From: the human T2T-CHM13v2.0 reference genome, Homo sapiens
NCBI RefSeq assembly: GCF_009914755.1
Contig: NC_060937.1
Length of the DNA: 64,000 bases
Reading direction: 5' to 3' (one strand)
In this document: positions 14,771 through 28,281 of the stretch, one piece after another
Position numbering within the stretch: the first letter of the stretch is position 1
Layout of the letters: each line of letters starts with the position of its first letter
The notes under the pieces: model-generated
What the model was told of the DNA's origin: nothing
Databases searched by the model: none
The model's input: only the letters and a program-made list of their open reading frames with translations
Translations under genes and position numbers: made by a program

Positions 14771-16679
14771 ACATTTACACTGGCATCCTTCTCCTTCAGT
14801 GCTAACTTTTCAGTCACAATAGAACACCTTGAGCTCAGGGAAACTGAGGGCACTCTTCCTCAAAGCAGCCAGAGTTGCAAGGTCTGAATGGTCATCAGAT
14901 TCATCTTTCTGGGTAAATAGATGGCACCTCGTAACTATGAAATGATGATGTTTATTAAGAAGAGGTGGAGGTGCAGTGTGAAGCTCTCCTGAGTGCACCA
15001 TGGTTTTTGGCAGCACTTCAGAGGTGAGGATGGCTGCCCTAGGTCAACCTGTCTGGTGTCAGAATAGGTTTTGCCTTTAGGGCAGACTAGGATACCTTCA
15101 AGGCAACCAGGAGTGAAGTTGTCTCCCTCTTGCTGTCAAGTGACTGACAGGAATGATTTGGGGCCCTATACTGAACTCCCAGACAGCCATCCCCCCACAC
15201 CAAGCCCTGGTGCTGGGAATAGCATCTCCTGGCCTCCTGGAGCTAACTCATCCAGAGAAAATAAGGGCTAGGGCTCCCGGGATACCAACAAAATCCCAAA
15301 GATAAAATATTCAGGCAGTTAATTCTGGTATATAGTATGTATAAATAATCATACTTCTTAGAGATGCTGATCTACAATAAGGAAAAAAACTTACTTTTGT
15401 ACAAAACCATTTTACCTACCACTATGATGTTTCTCACAATGTACTGGTAGATGTCAAACAATAAAGAAGCAAGATTAGAAAAAGTTTTATCATCTTTGCT
15501 GCCCCACCAGTGCATTAAACAAACAAGAACATTTAGCATATTTATTTAAGAAGTGTATTAGCAATTAGCTATTGTGTGTGCTTTGATCCATTTCCTAAAA
15601 TCAAACAAAAAATAAGATAGGCAGTTGAGCAAGCAAGAAATCAATTTGTGCTGCTTCAAATTTCATGGAGATGGTCATCAAATTTGTGCCCTTGATCAAA
15701 CACTGCAAAATAAGTACTTTTTCTTTTTTCTTTTACAAATCTGTATACCACTCAGGTCAAATGCCTGTTTAATTTATAGAAACATAAATAAATAACCATA
15801 CAATAAAATTTTATGATCTAATCACACCATGATCTGGATGTTAGTCATAGGCCACTGTGCTTTCTGCCCACTGTAAATCACTCAGCACAACGGCTGACTT
15901 ATTTACCACAAACCGTTTTAACAAATGTAGTCCTGCCTTTCCCTCCATATTAATTAATACACATAACAAAGGATAACGCTATCCCTACGACAACAAAACC
16001 CTTTTGTTCCCTGAAGCCTCCAGGCGTCCACTGAGGCCCCTTTGTAGGTGATTTCTCCTCGCGATTAAAGGAGATATTTTGTGTGTTCCAGTGAGAACTG
16101 GGAGAGTAATCCTGCACCTGTTGGAGGCTTAGGAAACTGGTGAGTAAACCTCTCAAACCTCCATGGCTGACTCAGTTTTCTCAGCCTGGAGGACTGGCAG
16201 AGAGCTTCCCAAAACTGGAAAGATGTTTCTTGAAGCTTTCCTCGTGTCACCTAGAGCCATTCCCGTTGCATTTCTGAGAGCTTCGTCTTAATTTTCGGTT
16301 ACTCATTTTTTTAAAAAGGCTTTGACAGTCAGATCCAACAAGTAAGTAGAAAGCATCCAATTTCAGTGTGAAAAATACAGCAAAAAAATGAGGCTATTTG
16401 ATTTATTTTAGATCAAACATCCAGTTATTTGGAAATATCTATTTTTGACTAAATTTTTGTTCTCATCCAGATGTTTGACATTTTTGTAGACATGGATTAA
16501 GTGCCTGCATTGTATTAAAAAGACCCATTTCAAAAGGAAAAATGATATAATATTCTTGTAAATTCGAGTAAACCAAAAGATTGGCTTCTTTCTTAGCACA
16601 ATCAAAACAAACTTTCCTCACCTCCCTTATAACCTCACATCCTAAAGGGAAGGGGGCGATATCTATAAACTATCTGGGG

Positions 16680-18350
16680 TTTTTTTTCCATAATAATATT
16701 CTTACACAAATCTGCAGCTTTTGGACAGTCAAAAGAGAGACCCACCTGGCACACAGGAAGCCACACACGGGCAGCAGGACCACTCCAGGCCGTCGAGGCC
16801 CATGGTCGGGACGCTGCTCACCATATGTGGAGATGTTGCTTTCCTCCAGAAGCTCTGTCACATTAACGTCAAACTGGTCTTAGATGTCATTGAGGGCTTT
16901 GGCATCATTCTCCTCAGACACAAAAGTGATGGCCAGGTCTTTAGTGCCAAAGCAACCTGCACAGGCCACTGGGTGGAGGTAGGTGTCCGAGTCTTCAGGC
17001 ATGCCATAGTTAAGACGATGTTGAATCACTCAATTCCTACAATGGTTAGGAAATGACTGAAAGTGAACACGGGGACTCTGAGCAAACCTGCTGAGATACA
17101 GGCTTGGGGCTGCCTCAGTAAATTCCTCCAGTGAAGTGGATGGGATTATGGTGTGGATGATGACAAAAGAGTAGAAGAGAAGTTGTCGACAGATTTGCAC
17201 AGAGGCCATTGAAGATTTTATAAATAAAGAAAAATGTCTGCAGCCAGTGGTTTATGCCAAATATCTTCCCAAGCCTCCATATCCCTGTGGATGTTGCAAC
17301 TGACTGCAAACAGATTGATGTCCACCAGGATCCACTGCTGGAAATCCTTGGACTGCTAATAGCGTGACAGGCATTCTTCCTGGGCCATGGCCAGGAAGTT
17401 CTGCTCCATGAGGAGCTGGGCCGGGGACATGCAGGGCTGTACCGGCTTGATGAAGATTGCCACCTGTTTAAATTCCAGCATGTCCAGGAGATCGAAAAGC
17501 TTGCAGTTCTTCTCAGTGTCCTTGAGCTTGAGGTAGTCCTGCTGCGGTGTGTGCAGCGTGCGCTTGGTCTCGTCATCCACAAACACATCCATGGGACCCT
17601 GCATGGACTCCCTGCACACAGGCCAGATCTCCTTGCTCAGGGTGGCACTGAACATGATTCACTGCTTCTGCTGGAATATCAGGTGGGAGGCCTCCCACAT
17701 GTCCCGCCACATGTCCAGCCACTGCAGCATCTCATCCAGCACAAAGTGCTTCACATTCTTCAGGTTGAGGCTCCTGTTCTGCACAAGTGCCACGATCCAA
17801 CCCGGGGTCCCCACCATGACACAAGGACAGTTCATCAACAATTCTTCATTCTTTTTGATAAAGAGGCCTCCGAAAAACACGGACACCTTGACACTGGGCA
17901 TCTACTTGGAGAAGTGCTCATTCTCACTCCTTGCTGATCTGGAAGGCCAGCTCCCCTGTGTGGCACAGATCAGGACCGTCACCTGTCAGTTGACAGGCCG
18001 GATCTGCTGCACAGTGGCCGGCACAAAGACCGCTGTCTTGCCCTTCCCAGATTTGGCTTGGCACTGGATGTCCATACCCAGGGTGGCCTGAAGAATGCAC
18101 TCATGCTGGACCTCAGGAGCTCCAGTTGCAGCAGAAAGTCCCAGAAACCAGAGCTGTGGACGGAAACGTAGGATCCCTTGACATCTTTCTTACGGGGAAC
18201 CAGAGTGCTCCCTGGAGACGCCTAGGGCTCTTCTTCATAATCCAAAAGCTTATTTTCCACATCCTGTTCTGCCATGTTGCTGAGAGCAGAGAGAGGCAGG
18301 GCCCTGGTTCCTCATTCTCCTCCACATGCCACGAGGGCATGCAGTTGCTA
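16680..18350 (-). pseudogene. DDX39AP1: DExD-box helicase DDX39A processed pseudogene, disrupted
   Basis: Intronless; ATG at 18275 (MAEQDVEN); recognisable peptides [43 protein letters not shown]; stops, deletions, a ~270-bp insert; short poly(A) near 16680. Confidence 0.93.
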
Positions 18351-18385
18351 ATTGTTTATATCTATTATAAGAATTAGCAGCTAAT

Positions 18386-18698
18386 GGCCAGGCACTGTGA
18401 CTCACGCCTGTAATCCCAGCACTTTGGGAGGCTGAGGCGGGTGGATCACGAGGTCAGGAGATGGAGACCATCCTGGCTAACGTGGTGAAACCCCGTCTCT
18501 ACTAAAAATACAAAAAATTAGCCAGGCCTGGTGGCAGGTGCCCGTAGTCCCAGCTACTCAGGAGGCTGAGGCAGGAGAATGGCGTGAACCCAGGAGGCGG
18601 AGCTTGCAGTGAGCCGACATCGCACCACTGCACTCCAGCCTGGGCTACAGAGCAAGACTCTGCCTCAAAAAAAAAAAGAAAGAAAGAAAGAAAAAAAA
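18386..18698 (+). mobile_element. Alu (AluY/Sc-type)
   Basis: Dimer with A/GAAA tail; TSD aagaattagcagctaat / aagaattaccagctcat. Confidence 0.95.
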
Positions 18699-20033
18699 AA
18701 GAATTACCAGCTCATTAAAAAAAAAAAAAACAGACTGAGAAGTTAGGCAGGGATGGAGCTGGCGAGACTTCTCATAAAGCAGCCCCTGTCAACAGGAACC
18801 ATCCTGCAAGCCCTCCTACTTTGGCTGTGAATTGAGGGGATGCAATTCCCAAGGTCATTGCCATACCAATGAGTAGAGGGTGCAGATGGAATCTGGCTAC
18901 TAGCTCTGCAGGGTTTAGAGGACAAAGATAGAACCCTGTGGCAACAACATCACACAGGCAGACCTTTAAAAGACTATTAAGGTACTTCACTCTGGGGACT
19001 GGGTGTCTGAATTGGGGTGGTGCTGACGGACACAGTGAGAAGTAATCTGTTTAAAACATAAGCAGGGCAAAGAGTTAGGAGTGTTTTCTAGGCATTTTGG
19101 CCTGAGCAGCATTGTAAATGGTGTGAACTTGGGAATACAAGAAGAGGAAAAAGAATGTGAGTAAAAAACAAACAAAACCAAAGGTCAGCTTGGCACAGGC
19201 TTAATTTGGGTTACCTGCAGACACCTACAGAGGACGTGGGCAGGTGAAACTCTGAGGCTCCACACCAAGGGCGATGGCAGAGCTGAGATGTGAGTGTGGT
19301 GCATGAATGCAATTTAAAATGATAGGTCTTCATTCAGCCTTAGGTTATAAGGATAGAAAAGGGAAGAGAACCAAAGATTGGGTGCCACAGTGCTCTGACA
19401 TTTCAAAGTCAGGAAGAAGAGTAGGAATCCCACATGGGGATTGAGTCAGACATGATCTTCTCTGAGTGGTTTTCCTTACCTCATCATTTCCCAAATTCTG
19501 AGTTAGATTGTGATTCTACAGAAGTCTGTGCTTGTCCACCATAGCATTTATCAAGTTACATCACCAATATTTTACACTGGATAGTACATTCATTCTGTAA
19601 AGGAAGGGACTGTGTCTTGCTACATCTTGAAATTGACTCAGGCAAATGGTAGACTGTAAAACCACCAAGTATGGAATAAAGGAAGAAAATTTAGACCCCA
19701 AAGCCTACACAGATAGCCTAAAATATTATCCCATTTCACAAGTAACTTGCGTTACTAGCAGCTTCAATCCTACAATCGATGGGCTTTGAGTAGATGCTAT
19801 TCTATCAACACAGGTGGCCCTTGGTGTATCTGGAATGTGTCATTTTACCCAAGTATGCCAAGGGAAGAAGAAATCTTAGTATCTCTCTCTCTTCCCTCCT
19901 TCCAGTTTTGGAGAGCTGTAGCTAGAAGTAAATCCTCTAAAGATGAAGACTACTAATTACAACATTTCACATTTTGCGTCATTCTTTATTCACAAAACAT
20001 CACTGTAGCCACCACCTTAGCCTCTCCACTTCC

Positions 20034-20175
20034 AGCAAAGAGATCTGGCCTGTATGCAGGAAGTCTATGCAGGATCCCATGGAGGTGTTTGTGGATGCCG
20101 AGACCAAGCGCACGCTGCACGCACCTGCAGCAGTACTACCTCAAGCTCAAGGACACTGAGAAGAACTGCAAGCTT
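20034..20175 (+). pseudogene. 142-bp inverted fragment of DDX39A coding sequence
   Basis: Encodes [29 protein letters not shown]; reverse complement of 17497-17637. Confidence 0.92.
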
Positions 20176-20517
20176 ATTTCCTGGCCCACTGCACCCCAGC
20201 CCTGCCTTATGCTAAGTCTCCATGTCAGAGGATGACATATACACCTGCACGTGCACATGCATATTCACCATCTGGCCCTTGTTCCATTCAGGTGATTTAT
20301 TTCTTGCATCTTGCATCTCCTTATTGAATTCATAAGAAGATGCATGATAATTCATTTTCTTTGTCAATTCCCTGCTTCTCATTTTGCTAATTCAATGCCA
20401 CACTAACACTTCTATTAATTTGGCACTTGGAACCGATAGATTTACTGTGTGGCATTCCATCTCTAACTAAACAAAAATAAAACCGCAGACTTGGAGCTTT
20501 TTCCAGTGTCAAAGTTT

Positions 20518-20540
20518 TGCTGCTGCTGCTGCTGCTGCTG
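20518..20540. repeat. (CTG)7 trinucleotide repeat
   Basis: Read directly. Confidence 0.9.
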
Positions 20541-20569
20541 TTTTGGCCACTGCTGCATTGTATGAAGCT

Positions 20570-21265
20570 TATCCACATCCTTTAATCATATACTCATATT
20601 CTCTCGAACTGAGGTATATGGGGATAATACCTGAAGTTTTTCCACTTCATGGAGGCATTGTAAATATTCCTGAAGTGAAGAATTCTGTGGTTAAAGAAGT
20701 CATCTTCCTTATAAATCACAGGGTTCACTTGAGTCATAAGGCGACCTGTTCTTCTATAGCAAATGCTTGCTTGCTGCAAAGGCCTGGACTAGGAGTCTCA
20801 ATAGTGATCACCCGCACCTTGTTCATGATATCCACATATGTAGATGACATCTCTGGAGACAATTAACTCTGTAAAATTTTAGGACAATCAGTTGCCTATG
20901 AATCTGAATAACATCTGCAGTTATAGCAGGGAGGATAAAATTAGCAGAGTGATCAATTCCTATCCTTCAGGATGTAAACTAACAGCTGGATTGAAAAAGA
21001 AAGTTCCACAATCAAATTTCATCAGTGATCTGTTGCAAAATGAGTGGTTGGCCACACTAAAACTCCTAGCCCAGGCCTTTGTTGTAAACAAACATTGGCT
21101 ACACATGAGCAGATCCTCCTTTTCACCCAGGCACACTCTGTGATTTCTAAGGACATTTGCAAGGTTTGCAGTCCAGAAGCCCATTTAAACATCAGGTATC
21201 TATCAGGGTTCGGAGAGAAGTGCATCACCAATTCAAATGCCAACCAGCCTAAAGGATGCTGGGAA
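20570..21265. repeat. degenerate long inverted repeat (possible ancient non-autonomous DNA transposon)
   Basis: Core arms 20706-20796 and 21062-21153 align at 69/92 positions by hand; shorter matches lie inside and outside. Confidence 0.75.
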
Positions 21266-22094
21266 CATGCCCCAGGGTAACCACTGCTAGGGTGACTGAT
21301 CTATCTGAAGTTCAATTAAGGAAAAATGCTCGTCCTCACTTCCAAGTTTTGAAAACAGTTGGGCATTTTTGAACATTTTGAACTGTCTTTCTCCCCTGTA
21401 ACCACTTCTTTTCTGCCCTGAAATCTGTAGTGGGAAAGAAACGTATTTAGTAATTTAAGCTCTCATCTTAAGAAAAGTTCAAAGTAGGTGTGGAGTAAAT
21501 GTTGTGAGAGGGAAACCTGAACCTAGAGTTAGTGTAATAAGCCCAAGTCCCAGACATATCAAGAAAGTTAGCAATGCCAGAAATAAACACAGCCGAGCAT
21601 AAATCAACAGAGACTGTGGATGGAAATTTCACTGCGGGTATCACTGGGAACAGGAATAAAACAAGCAGATGGTAATATTGGAGAGAAAAGGGGAAACATA
21701 AGAAGAAAACATAAAAAGTGGAAATATTTGACTTTTTCATAAAGTAAAAGAAATTTTAATTTTTTTTTCTACTTAGCAAGTTCTGAGTAAGAATTAAGCA
21801 TCATGATGAAAATAAATAACATTCAAGAAAAGGATTATTAAAAGGCATAGAAGAACTTTCAGATTTAAAATGGAGTCCCCAGGCAATTCTGGAAACGAGG
21901 TCCGTTTGTATTTGCCTAGATTAAGCCAGTATTACCCAATATTAGTAGCAAAACTGCTTACCTCAAAATCCAACTTAGCTTTGAGGAAATACAAATCAGT
22001 CTACAGACATGTTAAGTTTCAACAAATCCAGTAAATCAGAAATATAGTGTGAAACAAAATTGAAAATTAAGATTTTTCAAAAATCATGCTCTTA

Positions 22095-22473
<379 letters not shown>

Positions 22474-25179
22474 TTATTTCAATAGCATGTATTGTGTGTG
22501 CACCACACTCTTGGCAGACTGCTGGGTGCCAAAAACACAAAGACGCACAGCACATGGTCCCGCCCTCAAGGGATCTGGACTAGTGGGTTGTTAACTTACT
22601 CTGGTCACATAAATATCTTCAGATTTACACCAAGATATTTCACATGGAAATCCACAAGTGATTCCATTTCAAATGCGAAACAATCTCATCCATTTATACT
22701 TAAACATGTTTTCCTCGGAGACCTCCCTCCCTGACCTTCTGAATCGGCTTAATTCCATTCATGAGTTCCCGTGGAAGTGCACAAGGCACTTCCTTGTGCT
22801 TCCTCTACCAAAATACTCAAGGTAGTCTATGGCAGTTTTGCCTACTCTTTACTCGCCACTGTCCTCATTACTGTGACCCAAGGAATTAGTAAGTAACTTA
22901 TGAATGAATGATTACATGATAGAAGAGCTGAATAAATAAATGAACTGATCATTAAACTGAACTGTCCCTGAACAACTGGACAAAATAAGTGAGTCTATTT
23001 GCCTGGCCCTAGTTTTTTATATTTTCTCTGAAATTATGAATGTTAGTTTGGACTATAAATTCCTTTTTAATTGGAATGGCAGGTCCAAATTTCTCTGCTT
23101 CTCTCTTGCACTTTACCGGATAATCCACGGGTCATAGGTTTTTAAGCTGATTTAATTCCTACAGCCTCTTAGAAAATGAAGTGCACAGCTTTTACAATGA
23201 CAATTACTGTTTTAAAAATTGCTTACAACACACAATTAGACAGGAGAATATGGTATAAGCGTGATGCAGATATTTTAAATGTGTAATAGTGCCATCAGAA
23301 GTACTGATAAAAGATAACTTTGTTCTGGTATATGTGAACAAGTTTATACATCTTGAATACTTCTTGCAGGTTTATTATGAAAATATTTTCTATCTTGAAC
23401 AATGGATTCATTGTCAGAAATCTGATATGTTCAGCAACAGAAAGAACCTTGCTTTTCTGATGGAGGTGGATTTTCTGTACAGGATTAGTTCAAACTAGTT
23501 CCTATAAAAACACACAAGAAAGGATACGACACATTCTTCCATAATATTGCAGGAAAGTGAGTTCAGAATTTAAAGATTACCTCATAGTTTTATTAATATA
23601 CTGTAATTAACTGAGCTTCTCCGTTTAAATTACTAATTGGGGGATTCCTATCACAAACTTGAGCTGCTTTTCCTCTCAAGAATATTCACTTCTAAACTTG
23701 TTGTAACATTCTGGTCTCATTAAGTTACCAATTCATCTGCTATATACAGCTGTCTTCACACTCTCTTCCTTCATAAGAATCGCAGCCAACAGAAGCATTT
23801 TCTATGTTTCACAATTACTGACTACTACAAGGGAGACCAAGGAAGCTGACAATAGCTCAACTCCATGACTGCCTGGACTTACTAACTGTAAGGTGTGTTT
23901 GACAAAATGTAGACATATATAGGATTAATGGAATGAGTTGTATTTCAGAAGTAGGAAACCTTGTCAATACCAGTTATAGTTTCTCTTTTAAAGCTATGTA
24001 AAAGAATATTTTTTATTCCTTTTAAAGTTACTTTTAATGCATCCAATCTTCTGGTTTTTCACCTTAGTTAAACTCTCATTAAATTGAGTGGTTTTATCTT
24101 TAATTTAGGGGTTTATTTCTATTTTTCAAATACTCATTCTGCTTTCAAACAAGAGAAACATAAGCACAGGTATTTTAAATATCTAATAGTGCTATCACAA
24201 CTACCGATGAAAGAGCTGTGTTGAAAAATAAAAACAAAACACAAAATCTTGTTTTTACTCAAGAGTTTCACAATAAATTCATTGGTCTGTGACAATAAAA
24301 TGTATTTATCTGTTAGCAATTGACTCAAGAATTGAAGCAGAATATTAAGCTGAGTAGCAAGGTCAATGTTAGTTCATTTATGAAGGTGTCACACTGGTAA
24401 ATAAGGAAAGATAAAGGGTACTCTCATACTCGAGAAATGTATAGCTATATTCTCCCTCAAGAGATTTTGAAATAATGTTAAATTTGGGGAAGTCTTGGTT
24501 TTAGACAGCCACGATTTTATTCCGTAAAGTTTCTAAACACTCTTTACCTCTATAGAATCATCAACATAAGAGAAATAACAGAAAGTGGACCAAGGACAAT
24601 ATTGTTCTTAACTGCATGTTTATGAAAGCCCAAGCCTCAAGTGACATACTCCTGCATTTGCTTTATAATACAATAATAATCAAGCTCAATTTGGATGCGC
24701 AAGTTACAATGTGTAGTTCACCATTGGACACCAGGCACCTGGGAAATGGGGTTCAAAAGAGGCACATCTTAGTGGCCCCTTGGTGCACAAATAGTGGCCC
24801 CTTAGTGGTCTACTAGCTTCTCATTGGCACCTTTAGCTTCTGCACTATCTAGAAATGCTTGAGGATCCTAAATACAAAATTAAAAGATTATGGTGTTTCC
24901 TCAACTCTTAATTCTAATTTAGAATTAGATTCTAAGTTCTAATTAGTTTAGCAGTTGTGTTCCCTCACACTGGAGTTCTATCTATCCTTCCAGACCTTTT
25001 CTCCAAAGCAGTGTCTCTGTAGGTGTTCTAGATTACAAAGTTTGTGATAAATCAGTGGATGGGTAAAAGCAATCCCTTTGTCCTGTGTACTAAGCTAAGC
25101 TGGATAGCACCACACTTCTGACTATGGGGAGACATCTGAATATCTCTGGGAAACTCAGAATCCAAAACAAGGGGCTTAA

Positions 25180-25664
<485 letters not shown>

Positions 25665-25901
25665 TCCTGTCTCCAGTTTTTACATGAGTTCACGGTGCAG
25701 ATTTTTGTTGTTGTCGTCGTTGTTCTGTAGAAGTCCCCATATATAATACGTACAAGGTCTGGGGCATAAACATCTGTTTGGAAGAAATAAAAAAATTTTT
25801 TTTGAAATAACGTAACTTGATTTTTATCTCCTGGCATGCCCCAATTTCAGTAAATGGCAGGAAGTTCATGTTAATCACATCCCTGTGACCCCCGTCTTCC
25901 G

Positions 25902-25957
25902 AGGGCATCCTTAACACCAGGGCATCTTCAACACCAGGGCATCTTCAACACCAGGGC
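25902..25957 (+). repeat. 17-bp tandem repeat, ~3.3 copies
   Basis: Unit agggcatcttcaacacc. Confidence 0.9.
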
Positions 25958-26547
25958 TTTGGTGGGCACAGGTGGCTGGCCCTATTCCTGGAGATCCTGC
26001 TACCTTATCCTCAGCAGGGCTGGCTGGGTCCCCTCAGCAAGGCCACCTCCCAGCAAGCTCCCTTCAGGTCTGTTGCTTCTTTCCTCAGGCACTTCTGACT
26101 CCATTCTGGGGTGAAGTGACACGGAAGCATCGAGTGGTTTTTGCACAGCCTCTGCGGTTTCCAGGAACACTCCAGGGCAGCTTCAGGGCCTCACTGTCTC
26201 CGGCATCGCAGCAGCAATTAACTGGGTTCTCCAGTGCTGGGTGCTGGGATGCTGGCTGCTTTCACAGGCTTCACCCAGTAAATAAAACCCTCACCTGCTG
26301 AATTTTCGGATATTGTGGAAACTGAGAGTTTTTGTCTATCCCCACACACTAGTTAGCAATAAAACAGAGTCTACCCTATGCCTTTTGAGAAATGCATTAA
26401 CATGTAATGGATATTAGATATGGGATGTTCTAAAAATCCCAAAGAAAAAGTTTAACCCCTCTGGGGCAGACAAAACCGACTTATAATTGAATTGTTCCAA
26501 TCTTTGATAATTCCATAAGCCTCATGCACCAAGTTCTTTAAAACCTA

Positions 26548-26937
<390 letters not shown>

Positions 26938-27361
26938 CTAGGAAATTGGTGTTGATACAGTCCAGATATAGGACATGTCCAGGACCACTATCCTTCCCTT
27001 TTTAATGCCTGGGGATCACTAATATATTACAGTTTTGTGATTTCAAGAATTTTATATAAATGGAATCTCAGATATATATTTATATATTTATATTTTACAG
27101 ATGTTAATATATATTTTTATTTAATATATATTTGTATTTTATATATAAATGTAAATATATATATAAAATACATAACCTTTTTTGATTGTCCTTTTTCACC
27201 GAGCATAATTCTCTGCCAGTTCATCCAGATAAATGGATGAATCCTTTTTACCACTGGGTAGTCTTCCGTGATATGGATGCACCAGTGGGTTTAGCCATTC
27301 ACCCATTGAAGGACATCTGGTTTTTTTCCAGATTTGAGCTTTTATGAATAAAACTGCTGTA

Positions 27362-27668
27362 GACTGGGCATGGTGGTTCACACCTGTAATCCCAGCACTT
27401 TGGGAGGCCAAGGCAGGAGGATCACTTGAGCCCAAGAATTCAAGACTAGCCTGGGCAACACAGGAAGACCCCATCTCTCCAAAAAGTAGATTTAAAAAAT
27501 TAATCCAGGTATAGTGGTGCACACCTGTAGTCTCAGATACTCAGGAGGCTGAGGTGGGAGGATCTTCTGAGGCCAGGAGTTTGAGGCTATAGTGAGCTAG
27601 GATCACACCGCTGCACTCCAGCCTGGACAACAAACCAAGATCCTATCTCAAATAAATAAATAAATAAA
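27362..27668 (+). mobile_element. AluJ
   Basis: ggaggatcacttgagccc; (AAAT)n tail. Confidence 0.92.
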
Positions 27669-28023
27669 TCTGCTATAAATATTTATGTATAGGATTTTGT
27701 GTGAATACGTATCTTCATTTCTCTAGAATAAATGCTCAGAAGTGCAGTTGCTGTGTTGAGTTGTAGTTGTATGTTTAGCTTTTTAAGCAACTGCCAAACT
27801 ATTTTCCAGAGTGGCCGTACCATTTTACATCCCCACCAGCAACGTCTGAGTGACCCAGTTTCCCTGTATTCTTGCCAGCATTTGGTGATGTCATTATTTT
27901 ATTTTAGCCATTTTAATAGGTGTGCAGTGACACCTCATTATGTCTTTAATTTGCATTTCCCTAATGACTAATGATGTTGAACATCTTTTCATTTTTTAAT
28001 ATGCCATCTGTAAATGTATTTTA

Positions 28024-28281
28024 ACTCCTTCCTTCCTTCCTCTCTCTTCCTTCCCTTCCTTTCTTTCTTCCTTCCTTCCTCTCTTTCTTTTCTTTCTTCC
28101 TTTCCTTTCCTTTCCTCTTTCCTTCTTTGTTTTTTTGGACAGGATCTTGCTCCGTCGCTCAGGCTGGAGTACAGTGATATAATCATGGCTCACTGTGGCC
28201 TCAAACTCCAGGTCTCAAGAGATTCTCTGGCCTCAGCCTCCCGAAGCTCTAGAATTACAGGGTGAGCCACCATGCCCGGCC
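28024..28281 (-). mobile_element. partial AluJ/monomer with tail expanded into a (TTCC)n pyrimidine tract
   Basis: Pyrimidine tract 28024-28137, then caggctggagtacagtg...gagccaccatgcccggcc. Confidence 0.85.

Noticed and set aside
17120-17142. Similarity of the insert (ccacttcactggagga, minus strand) to 20642-20657 (ccacttcatggaggca)
   Set aside because: Only ~15 bp and does not extend; likely chance
17115-18091. 157-, 180- and 128-aa ORFs, among the longest in the window
   Set aside because: Off-frame or antisense shadows of the DDX39A pseudogene
20387-21280. Cluster of 61-107-aa ORFs and a polyQ-like CAG run suggesting a gene
   Set aside because: No recognisable protein; frames are short and stop-interrupted; the repeated LQRPGLGV-like peptide on both strands reflects the inverted repeat
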